Assembly (NCBI RefSeq): GCF_009914755.1
Contig: NC_060927.1
From: the human T2T-CHM13v2.0 reference genome, Homo sapiens
Strand: one strand, 5' to 3'
DNA: 64,000 bases
The notes under the pieces were generated by a model, which worked only from the letters and a program-made list of their open reading frames with translations, was not told where the DNA came from and searched no databases. Positions 11,874-24,599 of the stretch are shown here, in pieces. A program made the translations under genes and the position numbers. Numbering within the stretch: position 1 is the first letter of the stretch; each line of letters opens with the position of its first letter.

Positions 11874-14257
11874 TTCCCTGGTCTCTTTGTGCTGCTATAA
11901 GAAAATAACACAGACTGAATAATTTACAAAGAATAAAAATTTATTTTTCACAATTCTGGAGGCTGGAAAGTCCAAGATCAAGGTGCTGGTATATTTAGTG
12001 ACTGTCGAGGTGGCTTTTGGCCTCTGGAGGAGATGAATGGTGGGTCCTCACATGCTATAAGGGATGGGAGGGTAAAAGATATAGACCCAGTTGCCTCCAC
12101 CTTTCATAAGACCGTAATTCTGCGTAAGATGACTTTACTCTTATTATTTAATTACCTCCTAATGGCCTCATCTCTTAATACTGTTGTATTGAGGGTTAAG
12201 TTTCAACATGAATTTTGGAGGAAACACAAATATTCAAGACCTGGTGACTATTTTTTTTCTTTTTCTCAGATATAAAATACATTTATTTCATCTTAATAAT
12301 CCAAAGTCTTAACTTGTTCCAACAACTACTCAAAATTTCAGTCCAGTATCTCACTTAAATATCATCTAAATCCGATGTGGGCAGAACTGAAAGGTGTGTT
12401 TCATCCTGAAGCAAATTTTCCTCTAGCTGTAAGCCTGTAAAATCTAACAAGGCATGTGCTTCCAAAATACGATGATGGGATTGGCATAGGCTAGACATTC
12501 CCATTCCAAAAGGGAGCAAGCAACAAGAAAGAAGAAAGGGCTGACAGTTTTCAAGTATGTCTAAAACTCAACAAGTCAAGCAACATTAAATCTTGAGACA
12601 TGAGAATAATATTCTTTGACTCCATGCCCTGACCTCTGAACATACTGGTGTGGAGGTTGGGCCCACAATTCCCGTGGCTTTGCTGAGCCCAGCCCATGCG
12701 GAAAATCTCACTTGCTGGAGTCAGATGCTTGTTACTCTCCTCAACTGGCTTTACAGGCTGACAGTTCTACAGATCTGGACTCTTGGGAGCAGCCCTATAC
12801 CCACAGCTCTACCAAGCATTGCCCTAGTGGGAGATCTCTGTGGTAGCCCCACTTCTGCAGTGGCTCTCTGGGCCCTGTGTCTCTCTGAGGCATCGTTTGA
12901 AATGTAGATTGAGGTAGCTATGTGTCTATGACTAATGCATTCTGAGAATCTGGAGTTAGCACTATGTGGCTACTGCCAAGTTGTAGCCCCTGTGCCCTAT
13001 GGTGTGGCTTAAGCTGCACCTGGGTCAGCTTGAGCCAGCTGCAAAACCAAGGGATGCTGTGCTGGTATATGGGGAGCAGAAACTTGAGGTTGCCCTGGAC
13101 AGCAAATCCTGAGGTCCCATGGGAACACTAGGCCCCTCCCTTGAAACCATTCTGCCCTCTCGTTCCTGGCACTCTGGGCTTGTAACGGGAGTAGCAGTCT
13201 CCAAGTTCTCCAAAATGCCTTCAGAGTCAATCTTCCATTTTCCTGATAAATAGCATCTGCCTTCCTTTTATTCATACTAATCTTGTCAAATGTTCACTTG
13301 GCCAAACCCTTAGTGTTTTCTCCCAAACATACCTTTTCATTGTAATCTGGCTAGGCTGAGAATTTTCTAAATATTTGAGTTATGCTTCTCCTTTAATTGT
13401 AAATTCCATCTATAAAACATGTCTGTCTTCTTGCATTTTACTATAGGAAGTTAAGAGAAGCTATGTAGCACCCGAACACTTTGCTTAGAGATTTCTTCTA
13501 CAACCAAATATCATAATTCACTGCTTATAAGTTCTGCCTTTCACAAGATACTAGGATATGGTGATAATGCAGCCAAGTTCTTTGGCTCTTTATAACAAGG
13601 ATGGCCTTTGCTCCGGTTTCCAATAAGATATTCTGTATTTCCATCTAAGACCTCATCAGAATGGCCTTTACTGTCCACATTGCTACCAATATTTTGATCC
13701 TGACCATTTAGACAATCACTAAGAAGACTGAGGATCTGTCTACAGCTCTTCTCTTCTTAGCCCTTCATAAAATAGTCCTTTATGGTCTGGCCACTACTCA
13801 TTACCCACTTTCACAGCTGCTTCCGAATTTTTAGGTATGTTTTTATAACGACATCCACCTTCTTGATACCAATATCCTGGTCCATTTTTGCTGCTATAAC
13901 AAAATACCACAGACAAGATAATTTATTAGGTTAGTGCAAAAGTAATTGCAGTTTTGTTCATTAAAAGTAGTGGCCAAAACCGCAATTACTTTTGCACCAA
14001 CCTAATATAAATCACAAAAATTTATTTCTCACATTTCTGGAAGTTGAGAAGTCCAAGTTTAAGGCACTAGCAGGTTTGGTGTCTGGTAAGGGCTGCTGTC
14101 TGCTTCCAAGATAGCAAAATGTTTCTGCATCATTTGGAGGGGAGTCTGCCTTCATGACTTAATCATCTCCTAAAAGTTCTAGTTCATAATATTGTTGTTC
14201 TGGGCATGAAATTTTAACATGAATTTTGGAGGGGACACAAACATTCAAACCATGGAA
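11874..14257 (-). mobile_element. MST-type (MSTC/D-like) MaLR provirus: 3' LTR 11874-12246, internal region, 5' LTR 13873-14257
   Basis: Two homologous LTRs, each with AACATGAATTTTGGAGG..ACACAAA(T/C)ATTCAA near one end, flank ~1.6 kb of MaLR internal sequence. TSD-like GTTAG (11869-73) / TTTAG (14258-62). Confidence 0.85.
13926..14005. mobile_element. MADE1 (Hsmar1-derived MITE), full length 80 bp
   Basis: TTAGGTTAGTGCAAAAGTAATTGCAGTTTTG...CAAAACCGCAATTACTTTTGCACCAACCTAA, with TA on both sides. Confidence 0.95.
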
Positions 14258-15085
14258 TTTAGCTATCTTAAATCTCCTTTGCTAAGTAACATAATATACT
14301 CACAAGTCCTGGGCATTAACCCATAGACATTTCTTTAAGGCTACTATTTTGCATACCACAATATGTATATTTTATATGTAGTATATGTTTAAAATATAAA
14401 ATGTTTATATTATTGTATTTGAACTCTTTTAAAAATTGACTGTTCAAAAGTAAAAGTAATAAAAATATAAGAATAATATGAGTTTACTGAATATATAGAA
14501 GCATAATATACAACAATAATAGGCAGTAAATAAATATGTTTTTAACATTCTCTCATTGTAAAGTAGCTGACAATTTTTGAAGCTAGACTGTTATTAGTTG
14601 AAATGCATTTTGTCATCTCTAGAGAAACAATCAGAAAAAGATACAAATAAAAAGGTGATAGACATGCAAAAATAAATCCTCAAGTCATCCTTCAAAAAAG
14701 ATCAGAAAAGGATGAACATGGAAATAAATAATTAAGTGGATAAGTAGAAAATGATCTAGGATGTCAATAGTTACATTAAATATAAATGTCTAAACCACTA
14801 CTTAAAAGAGAGACAGCTAAAAAAATTTACTAAATGTTAAGAAATATACTTTAAATATGACAGATACATGTTAAAAAGAAAATGGTAACAATATAGATCA
14901 TAATAATGTCAAATATTAATATTTTGTGTAGCTATTTTAATGTACAGTGAAATAAAGATGAAGAAAAGGAAGCACATTCGTTTACCTGTTCTAAGCTGTA
15001 CACGATCATTCTTCTAACTACTTAATGACTAACTAAATTAATTTTACAATTAAATAAATAAAGCTTCTTTATTCCTACTTGGGTG

Positions 15086-15387
15086 TTTTGTTTTGTTTTG
15101 TGTTTTTGAGACAGAGTCTTGTGCCATCAGCCAGGCTGGAGTGCAGTGGCATCACAGCTCATCGTAAGCTCAAACACCTGGACTCAAGTGATCCTCCCAC
15201 CTCAGGCTCCCAAGTAGTCAGGACTACATGCGTGGGTCACCATGCTCAGCAAATTGTTTTTAATTATTTTTTACAGACAGGGTCTTGCTATGTCCCAGGC
15301 TAGTTCTGGAACTCCTGGCCTCAAATCGACCTTGGAAGGATTCTTCCAAAGTTCTGGGGTTACAGGTATTAGCCACCACTGCCAGCC
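15086..15387 (-). mobile_element. AluJ
   Basis: Antisense Alu dimer; TSD-like ACTTGG(G/A)TGTTTT on both flanks. Confidence 0.92.
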
Positions 15388-15711
15388 ACCACTTGGATGT
15401 TTTAAAATTTCAAACGTTTAACAGAGAACCAAAAGCCTGTCTTTATATATTTTAAGCCCTAAGTCATAAAGTAATAATCAATTGACTATTTAAAATGTAA
15501 GAATATATAAACCATTGTGCCCTTCAAATAGAATAAATATTTTCAGTATTAATTTAACTATAGCTTGTCTTTTTATAAACCACTCCTTCAATTGTATTGA
15601 CAAAATCTTGAAGTTAGATCCCATTATCAACACGTATACAACAAATTCTTCTGGCACCAATATTATAGGGCTTTAAGATTTATGAATCCCATTTCTACAA
15701 AGTAAATTTTA

Positions 15712-15875
15712 AAATTAGCAGGCATGGAGGTGTGCACTTTTAATTCCAGCTACTATGAAGGCTGAGGTGAAAGGATTGCTTGAGCCTGGGAGATAGGGCT
15801 TTCGTGAGCCACAATCATGCTACTGCACCCCAGCGTGGGTGATAGAGTGAGACACTGTCTCATTAAAAAAAAAAG
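15712..15875 (+). mobile_element. Alu right monomer (FRAM or truncated AluJ)
   Basis: AAATTAGCAGGCATGG...GGATTGCTTGAGCCTGGGAG...GAGTGAGACACTGTCTC plus A tail. Confidence 0.88.
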
Positions 15876-17122
15876 AAGAGTTATGATCAAACAGTGACCA
15901 CCAAAAAATATGATGTCAGTAACAAATTTTTCTTATAATTTAAGTCTGTACAAGAGGCATATATATAAAATAATTCTACATGGGTTATTATATAAAATAA
16001 AAATGTTTTAGTATTAATCAATTATCTGCCACATACAGTACTTAAGAGCTTTTATTTACCCTTGGAGAAGATATATGAAATTTTGTGATGTGTGAACAAA
16101 GTGCAGATGTTTGTGGATTTGTAGATATGTCTGTGATTGGAGTTAAATAAGCAATTTCAGATAGAGAGGGGTTCTAGGATTAATCTCCACTCTTCACCAA
16201 CTACTTGCTCCCATTAGGGGATGTCCTCCTACTTTATTATCCACTTCCATTTGTATAAGACATATAATAAACATGTGATTACCAAACATATTATACATTG
16301 GAATATTAGAAAATGTCTACACTGTGGTCATAAGTTGAAGTCACAGCAGGATCTCATTTAAATCAAGTGGAAATGTAGGGGAAATGTATCACATCTTCAA
16401 GTTTGTAATATTTTACTAATATTCTACAAGCTTTAAACTTCCACTGTGGTTTTGGAAAGACTGGTCATATATTTACGGGTAAACCAAGGCTTATATAAAC
16501 TTATCAAATTTTTCCCCAGAGTCAAAAGCTTGAAGAGATCTGTTAATTTCTACTATAGGGAACCACTATTATAAACTCAAAAAAAAAAAACCCAGTGTAG
16601 TCTCATAAACTTTTCACTAACTTTTTCAGGCTTTTCCAGGACCAGTGACAATTGATGTTTTCTAAGAGAATGCATGTGTGTAAATGCAAAGAGAAAAATA
16701 AGTGTCATCATTCATGTTATATATGAATTTGAGGTAACCTCAGAAAGTTTCATTCCTCTTCTACTCTCCCTTATTTGTATAGGATTTACGGGATGATTGG
16801 TTTTAATTTATAATTTACAATTATAAATAAATATAAATATTTATAGTTTTTCAATATAGAATTGACTCTTCTGATGAATGAACCACCTCTAATATTTATG
16901 CAATTATTGACTGGTTGTATATTGCAACAGTCCATGACTCACCCAATTATATTAATTTTTAAATGATCTTTCTCATTGAGCCAATAAACTTAATTGTTGA
17001 CGCTCATTAGATTCTATTCTTGTATAATTCACAAGTGTTAATTGTGGTAAAAATGACTAATGTTTCACAAGATTTCTGGTTCTGTTCTCCTGCCAGAAAC
17101 ATGCTGTTTGAGTTCTGCCCTT

Positions 17123-17497
17123 TGTTAGGGACTGAATGTTTATGCCTCCTCAATACTTTCGTTGAAATCCTATCCCTTAAGGTGATGGTATTAGGAGGTG
17201 TGGTCTTTGGAAGGTAATTAGGATTAGATAAGGTCAACAAAATGGATCCTTTGTGAATGGAATTAGTGCCCTTATAAGATTGCTTAGAGTGTCTGCTTCC
17301 CTGGTTCCTCTCTTTGCCATGTGAGAATACAGTGAGAAGATAGCCTACTGTGAACCAGAAAGTGGGCCCTCGCCACACACTGAATTGGCTAGTGACTAGG
17401 TCTTTGATTTCCCAACCTCTAGAGCTGTGAGAAATAATGTTTGTTGTTTAAGCCACCCAGCTTATGATATTTTGCTATAGCAGCCCAAGCTAAGACA
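17123..17497 (+). mobile_element. MLT1A/A0-like solo LTR
   Basis: TG...CA ends: TGTTAGGGACTGAATGTTT ... TTGTTTAAGCCACCCAG...ATAGCAGCCCAAGCTAAGACA. Confidence 0.88.
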
Positions 17498-17741
17498 CCC
17501 CATAACTTACTTTAAGTAATGATAAGTAAGCAGAACTCATCCACTACTTCTGGGTAGAAGAATTACAGAGCTAGCACATGATTCTCCATGATTTTCCAAG
17601 TTTACAGGAAACAGAGTAGTATGTTTATATGGCAATGAGATCAAAGCATCCTGGAATGCTGAGCCAATTAATGATAGACAACTGAAACTGAGAAGAGAGT
17701 AATGGGAAGGAAGGGGGGAATGTGTTTACATGCATGTGTGT

Positions 17742-17935
17742 ATTTTATTTATTCAATGAAGATTTATTGAGAATCTACTGTGTGCCATCACTTTAGATAC
17801 AATAGTGAATAGGGCCTTATCCCTAGGAAAATAGTCCTTTAATAAGCAAGAAATAAACATTTTTTTGTGTGAAGGCACTAATCTTTAAAGATTATTTGTT
17901 AATTTGGCATAAAGTAACCTAATATGACTAACACA
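17742..17935. mobile_element. L2 3'-end fragment (-) followed by an old MLT1 3' fragment (+)
   Basis: ATTTATTGAGAATCTACTGTGTGCCA (antisense L2 tail); GAAATAAAC...GTGAAGGCACT...TTTGTTA...TGACTAACACA (MLT end). Confidence 0.5.
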
Positions 17936-18344
17936 ATCCTAAAAGTTTAACCAGTGAATTTTGAGTTTATGTGACTCAATAGTCATTACAATTTTTCAGA
18001 TCTAGATAGGTCATACAGATGACTAGTTTAGAAAAAAATGTAATTTTATAATTTAACAGGAAACAAATTCAAGATCAGTTAGGAATAAAAATAGAAACAC
18101 AGTGTAACACACACACAAATCACCTATAATCTCACCATCAGAAATAACCTTTCAAATTGTTATTGTATATTCTTTATACATATATGTATACATTTAACTA
18201 AGAAAACATTTTAGTAGTAAAATTGAGGCAAAAAGATTCAGTAAGAGATTCAAAGAGATTCAAAAAGATTCAATATTGGAGGGAAAGAGATTCATTGCAA
18301 AGCTATTGAATAGATTTAGGGCAAAGAACAGAATTGAACTAGAG

Positions 18345-18486
18345 TAGTGAGATTAGAAATAAAAAAGAGTCAAAACATTTTAGGAAACAGAATCAAAATG
18401 ATCACATGTTGTGGTAGGATAGTGAGATTAGAAATCAGAAAGTGTTGAAAGATTTTAGGAAGCAAAATCAAAATGATCACATGTTG
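18345..18486. repeat. Two-copy tandem duplication, period 75 bp, inside a probable L2 remnant
   Basis: TAGTGAGATTAGAAAT...ATTTTAGGAA...AATCAAAATGATCACATGTTG starts at both 18345 and 18420. Confidence 0.9.
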
Positions 18487-19727
18487 GGATTGCAGCAAAA
18501 CCAAGGATAACTACAAGTGTACTATTAACTCATATAAGGACCATATCTTCAACTGAGATAGAGACTTAAAAAGAAAAAACTGATTAAGTCCTGTCCATGA
18601 CCCAGGAACATTGCTTTTTAAAATTTTAAGCAGAACCCTTAAAATGCGCTTGACTACTCTTATTCATGTTATATCCTCATACCAATATTTTGTTTCCCAA
18701 ATACAAAAATCTATATTTATTGGTCTAAAATGCAAGATGACAATTTTTAAAAAATGTAATGGCAATGTGGCCTCATTAGTTCCTCTAAACCCAAATTACA
18801 AATTTGTAAATAGCACTTCTTATAGTTATTTTGAAATGATTACAAGCCCATTGAATTTCTCTTTCCTGCCAGATGCTCCATCATTTGAATATTTTGCACA
18901 ATTTATAAAAAATTATTTTATATATGCAACTGCATGGAACATATCTCCTCAAAAACTTAACGTCATGATTTGTATACTTACCAACTATTCCAACATTGCT
19001 TTTGTCATATCCTTTAACTAAACCACATCCATTATTCTGTCTTGAACCATGTCTATCTGAATTGAAACATACCTGTCTCTTCAACATCAATCCTATCAGG
19101 TTTTCTATCCATGCATTATTTTGTAAACACCACAGTTCGGTAACATTTCCACCAATTTAAAAAGTTAATTCTATTTTTATTTGCTTTCCTATAAAATCAA
19201 GATGACCTCTGAATAGTAATGTATTTTTAATTAAAATAATCAAAATTTGAGGACAAAAGGAAAATATTTCTCTTAGTTTATTAGTCTAATTTGCCAATAA
19301 GTTGAACTATGTCAAGCAAATGTCAAAAGAATGGTAATACATGGTCCATGCATCTTTTCCCCTCCAAATATACACAGCACTATCTTGGTAGCAAAAACTC
19401 AGTTTTGAAACTGTTCTTTGTCTTAGAAATTCTTCTGTGTTCAAGGCTTCTCAACTAAAAAACACTAGCAAACTTCTACAAAGTTATATGCATGGAATTA
19501 AGCAATCTTTTGTTCTCCAAAGTATAAATAATTTAGGGTCATTGTGCCCCACACTGAAGATAAAAATAAAGATATCTCATGTTAAAAGAAAGTACTTTGT
19601 TTCTAAGTTTTAATAGAAAGATAATTGAAAACATTCATTCTCTAAAATTAAATTCCCACTTTAACAATCATGCAGAATATGCTTTGTCTTGGTATCTTCA
19701 CAATGTTAGTAAGTCGGAAATAGATAC

Positions 19728-21434
19728 TGTTATAGACCAAAAGTTTATGTCCCCCTCAAATTCATATATTGAGGCTTAATACCCAATGTGATATTTGTAT
19801 GTGGAACCTTTGGAAAGTAACATGAATGGAATTGGTATCCTTATAAAAGAGCTACCAGAGGGCTTCCTTGCCCCTTTAGCAACATGAGACTATGCTTCAC
19901 ACATAAAGATAAAAAAGTGAAAAGACAGTTGTCTATGAACCAGGGAGCAGACCCTCACCAGAAACTGAATATGGGGGTGTCTTGATCTTAAACTTCTCAG
20001 CCTCCAGGACTGTGAGAAACAAATCTCTATTTTTAAGCCACCCAGTCTATGATATTCTTTTAGCAGCCCAAATGGACTAAGACAGAAGTTGGTACCCAAG
20101 AGTGGGGGTGTTGCTATAACAAATACCTAACAACGTGTGAGCAACTTTGGAACTGGATAATGAGTAGAGGCTGGAAGAGTTTTGAGGTGCATGCTAGCAA
20201 AAGCCTATGTTGTTGTGAACAGACCATTAAGGGTGATTCTGATAAGGGCTCAGAAAGAAGAAAGGAGAGCTCTAGAGCAAGTTTCAGTCTTCTTAGAGAA
20301 CATCCCAGTAATTCTCAACAGAATGTTGGTAGACACATGGGTGGTAAATGCCAGTCTGATGAGGTCTCAGATGGAAATAAAGAATGTATTATTGGACTCT
20401 GTAAGAAAGATTATTCTTGCTTTAAAGTGGCAAATAACTTGGGTGAATTGTGTTCCTGTTTTAGCATCTTGTGGAAGGTTTAACTTGCAAGTGGTAAAAC
20501 TAGATATTTGTCTTCAGGAATGTCTAAGTAAAGTGCTAACACAGTGGACTGGCTCTTCCTGACGGCTTATGGTAAAATTCAAATTCAAGATGGAAATGTT
20601 AAGCAAAAAGGAACCAGAAATTAAAGATTTGGAAAATTCTCAGGCTATCTATATTGAAAAGAATGAGAAAAGCCTTTGCAGAAAGGTCACTCCAAAAGAC
20701 CAATCAGCCAACACAACAGAAGCTCAGGACTATTGTTCAAGACAATGAAAGAATAACTCTAAAGACCTGTCACTCATTCCTTCTTTCCTATTTTTCCCTT
20801 TTAGAATGGAAGTGGCACTTCCATTCCTGTTTCCCCATTGTATTTTGGAAGCACACAATGTTTGGTTTCACAGGTTCACAACTGGAGTAAAAATTTGCCT
20901 CAGGGTAAATCATACCTTGAGTTTTCACTCACATCTGATTTAGAAGACACTTAAATGAGATACTGAACTTTCGATTTTTGAGTTGACTTTGGAAAAAGTT
21001 AAATTTGGCCAGGACTGTTGGAATGAAATGAATGTTTTTTTAATGCTTTTTGCATATGAGAAATAAATTAATTTTGGGGGGCCAGGATAGAATGCTATAA
21101 ACTGAATGCTTATGTCCCATAAAATTTGTGTGTTGAAACCTAATCACCAATGTAATATTGAGAGGTGGTGCTTTGGGGAGGTGATTAGTTCATGAGGGCA
21201 TAGTCGTTATAAACGGGATTAGTACCCTTATAAAAGAGACCCAGGGAGATATCTTGCTCCTTTGGTCATGTTAGGACACGCAAAAAGGCAACCAGGAAGC
21301 AGGCCCTCACCAGATGCTGAATCTGCTAATGACTTGATCTTGGACTTCCCAGACTCTAAAACTATAAGACTTAAATTTCTGTTGTTTATATTCCACCCAG
21401 CCTATAGTACTCTGTTATAGCAGCTAGACTAAGA
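19728..21434 (+). mobile_element. MLT1A-like MaLR provirus: LTR 19728-20084, ~1 kb internal region, LTR 21093-21434
   Basis: Two homologous LTRs. The internal region starts GAAGTTGGTACC and ends with the purine-rich GGGGGGCCAGGATAGAA before the second LTR. No clear TSD. Confidence 0.85.
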
Positions 21435-22949
21435 ATTTCCATTTTCTAAACCCTTGTTCAGCATTTTCTATTTCTATTATTGGCAAATAATTATCAGTTA
21501 TTTGGAAGTAGTAGGTTGGAAGTAAGGTTCTTAATATTGACTATACTTTTAAATAATATTGTTGTTTACAAAACATATCTCCTGTTGCAGGTTCAGGAAA
21601 GAATGTTTTTCTTATAATTTTTCCCCTTTCATAATTGAACCTCCTTTCCTTGTCTGTGTTATACGCTTCAAATTTTTACTCTGCACAGAAATATACTGCT
21701 TATTCCTGTCTCATGATGTGAGTTGCTGCACAGAAGCAAATTTTGCAATAGCACACCCAGGGCTTTCTACTCCTAAGGAATAGCCATTAGTTCCTAATGC
21801 TTTACTGTGTGTTATACATATGTTGTCTTCTGGTAATATCTATTGGCTTTGGGTTCTATTGTTTCCAGTATATTCATTTGCTTTTATTGTTCTGATTGTG
21901 ACTTTAACATTCTGCTTTTTTATGCATCTTTCCCGAGTCTTCTGCTCAGCTTTATTCTACATCCTTCCTTGCTGCCTCTGTATTGGTTCTTCATACTCTG
22001 GCAATGTGTGTTTGAAACCCTGGTTTCAAACTTGTCTCCTTAATCACTTGTTGAGCAAGGCAGCAAATATTCTCCCTTGAAGCCATTTGAAACAAACACT
22101 CTCCAACTTTGAAATGTATTAATACTTTTCAAAAGAGAGGGCATTATGAGTTACACAGTAATGTTTGTCAACCTTATGTTCAATAATATGAAAATCTGCT
22201 TTGGAAAAAATGATGTATGTGACTCAGCTTATATACTATACACATTAATAAGTGCCCTTGAATCTGTCCTTGAATTCAGCTGTTTTGCATCAGTAATCTT
22301 CCCTCTGGTCACTATGTCATTAGAGTGAACTTTATTTTTGGATTCTGCTTATCAAACCATGCCTTTTTGATGTTTGCTCATGTCATGCCTTGCTCGTCTT
22401 CTCATGGTTTCTATCATCTTTCTGCTTTAGCTCCTACTGTCCTGCTGAGTAATCAAACAAATCTCTAGATACTGTGGTCTTGCTGCTCATCTCAGTAAAG
22501 GACAAAAACAAATAACAGCTGCTGAAATTGTGAACCTTCCTTCCTGGCTGTCAAATTTAGTGAAAACAGATGCTTCAAGAAGTCGTTTGTAATTCAAGCA
22601 GGCGCAGAGGAGAAAAAGAAATCCCTTATTTGCGGAAACTAGAGTTTTGCTAGGTCAACCTAACTTCCATCTTACACACTGGCTGAAAGAAACAGTGCAT
22701 CCTTATTGTATTGCAAGTGCCCAGAACTACCTTTCCAAAATAGGGTCATCTCTTAATCAACAATGCCTAAAAATATGTCCTTGAAAAGTATATGTTATAG
22801 AAGAAAAATAATTATAACTAAATGAAGTAAATGTTTTAAAATGTTAAGTATTCCTCTAGAAAGGTAAAGTATTTCTATTTCTACATGTCTTGGCACGAAC
22901 CAGAATACCTAAACCATTGGAAAGAATATTAAACCAGCTATTGAGAGAT

Positions 22950-23080
22950 GTCAGGTCTGGCTAAGTAAGATTCCACAAGTCATTTATACCCATGACCCTT
23001 ATATTTTTTAATGGTGAAACGAGTGCCACTGAATCTGATGATATCTACATTTTCTTACAATACTAAATTTCCATGATTCA
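22950..23080 (+). mobile_element. MIR/MIR3-like fragment
   Basis: CAAGTCATTTA...TGAAA core-like segment and 3' end ...CTAAATTTCCATGATTC; heavily diverged. Confidence 0.45.
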
Positions 23081-24599
23081 GTAAATTGAATGCCACTTTT
23101 CATACTTTATCAGCAAATGATTGCCAACATAGCATCATCATTCTAATGAGGCCAAAAGTTTGATGATATATGATAATAGAAAATGTTGTTGAATTTATCA
23201 AAACATTGCCTGTGCCCAGTTTTTTTAGTAACAAACCTTTAGCATAAAGCCTATTATGGCTGCAGTTAATCGTGTAGCTAACCAGCTAATGAATGTGTCC
23301 ACTCATTAGTACTAGTTGTGGGAAAAACCCCAAAAACAATAAAAAACACAAACTTAAGACATCCACTCCTTTGTTGGTCTTGTAGGAAGAGAAAATACAA
23401 ATTCTAAGTGTATGTGTGGCTTTATACAATTAGAGAAGTATAAAGGAACCTTAGAATTCAGGGATATGGAAGAAGAGAAGATGGTTATGAGTCTGTTAGG
23501 ATTTCAGAGGACCAAAATACAGAAATCCATACTGGCTGGTCCCCAGGAATAAAACAGTTTGGGGGAGAGCATTAAAATGATGAAAAGTGAGAGGATGGTA
23601 AACAAGAAAAGAATGAAGCTTCCTCTGAACTACAGATAATCACCGTTCATACATATTTCTCAATGAACATATATTTGTTGAACACCGAGGAAAGTTAGTC
23701 ACATCTAGACTTTCCTGTAATCATCTTAAATGCCCATTACAGTTCCCAAGAAGTAATAAGATTGATATGGATGGTCATAAGCAACGGGCATTTACTGAGT
23801 TCTGTTGCTTTGCATTGAAGCATAAGTGCAATTCAGTTAAAACCTTATGCTTCCATTGAGATGTACTCTGATACCTTTTCTTGGGATCCAGCTTCTTTAA
23901 AATTCTTGACTTTTTGGTCAACATTTAAGAAGTCTAACTCCTTAGTGGACTGACACAACTAGATGGGGTCTTAAGTCGCCTTTATTTGAAAATAAGCTTT
24001 CTCCTCTAAACTTCTTCTCATAATAAACTAATAAAAATTGATAGTAATCAAGGTAAGCACCAGAATAAACAAACTTATATAGGCATCTATGCCTTAGAGA
24101 GAAACTCAATTTTTCCATCATATTACTCTGTATGCTTTTCTTAGTGCCACCTAATTCTCTACTCTATATGAAGCCAAGTGCAAAATAGCATCAGAGGCTG
24201 CCTTTACTTACATTTTCATAACAGTTTATCTAGCTCTGGCAAGTTGTTTGCTTATTTCTCCAAGGATCATCCCTAGATCACTAAGAAATTTCACTGGGGA
24301 TGCATTCAATAAACAAAAACAAAAATCTTTATACTAATAAAGCTTCATTTTATTTTTCCTAATGTATCCCATTTAATATTTCCTTCAAGGACCTGTGGTT
24401 ATAATAGATAGCTATTTGAAGGCTGTATTCAGGAATTCTGAATGGCAATCAAATGCCATACCTTCATAACTAATTGCTTTCAAAAGAAAAATAATAAATA
24501 AATATCACTCACTGTAGCCGTTCCCTTAATTTATTCAGAATTTATCCAAATCTTGAAAGATAAGGAGGAAGACTCAACTTTAAAAAGTGCAGACCCAGT

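Larger units (their letters stand above)
11477..14360 (-). mobile_element. MLT1D-like LTR split into 11477-11873 and 14258-14360
   Basis: The two pieces are contiguous in the MLT1D consensus (...CCCTATTTTAGGTCAG-GGTTAG | TTTAGCTATCTTAAATCTCCTTTGC...TACCACA). The flanks ATATT/ATATG look like a 5 bp TSD. Confidence 0.8.
9630..14975 (+). mobile_element. Ancient L1M (5' region, ORF1 remnant, start of ORF2), interrupted at 11477-14360
   Basis: A-rich ORF1-like remnants (GAGGAAATATCTGAAGATACGATGG, GTGAACCCCAAGCAGAATCAATACAAAG, GGCTGACCTTGCTTCATAAACAGTGAAG). It resumes after 14360 with the endonuclease-start-like CAATAGTTACATTAAATATAAATGTCTAAAC. Confidence 0.7.

Noticed and set aside
1040-13872. 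Similarity between 1040-2100 and 12480-13870, suggesting a segmental duplication
   Set aside because: Both are MST-internal sequences with different flanks and deletions; family homology explains it.
18611-19021. 136 aa ORF
   Set aside because: TTG start, AT-driven F/I/N/K composition, no recognisable homology.
20160-20562. Overlapping 107 and 126 aa ORFs
   Set aside because: They lie within the decayed MLT1A internal region; remnants of MaLR sequence, not a gene.
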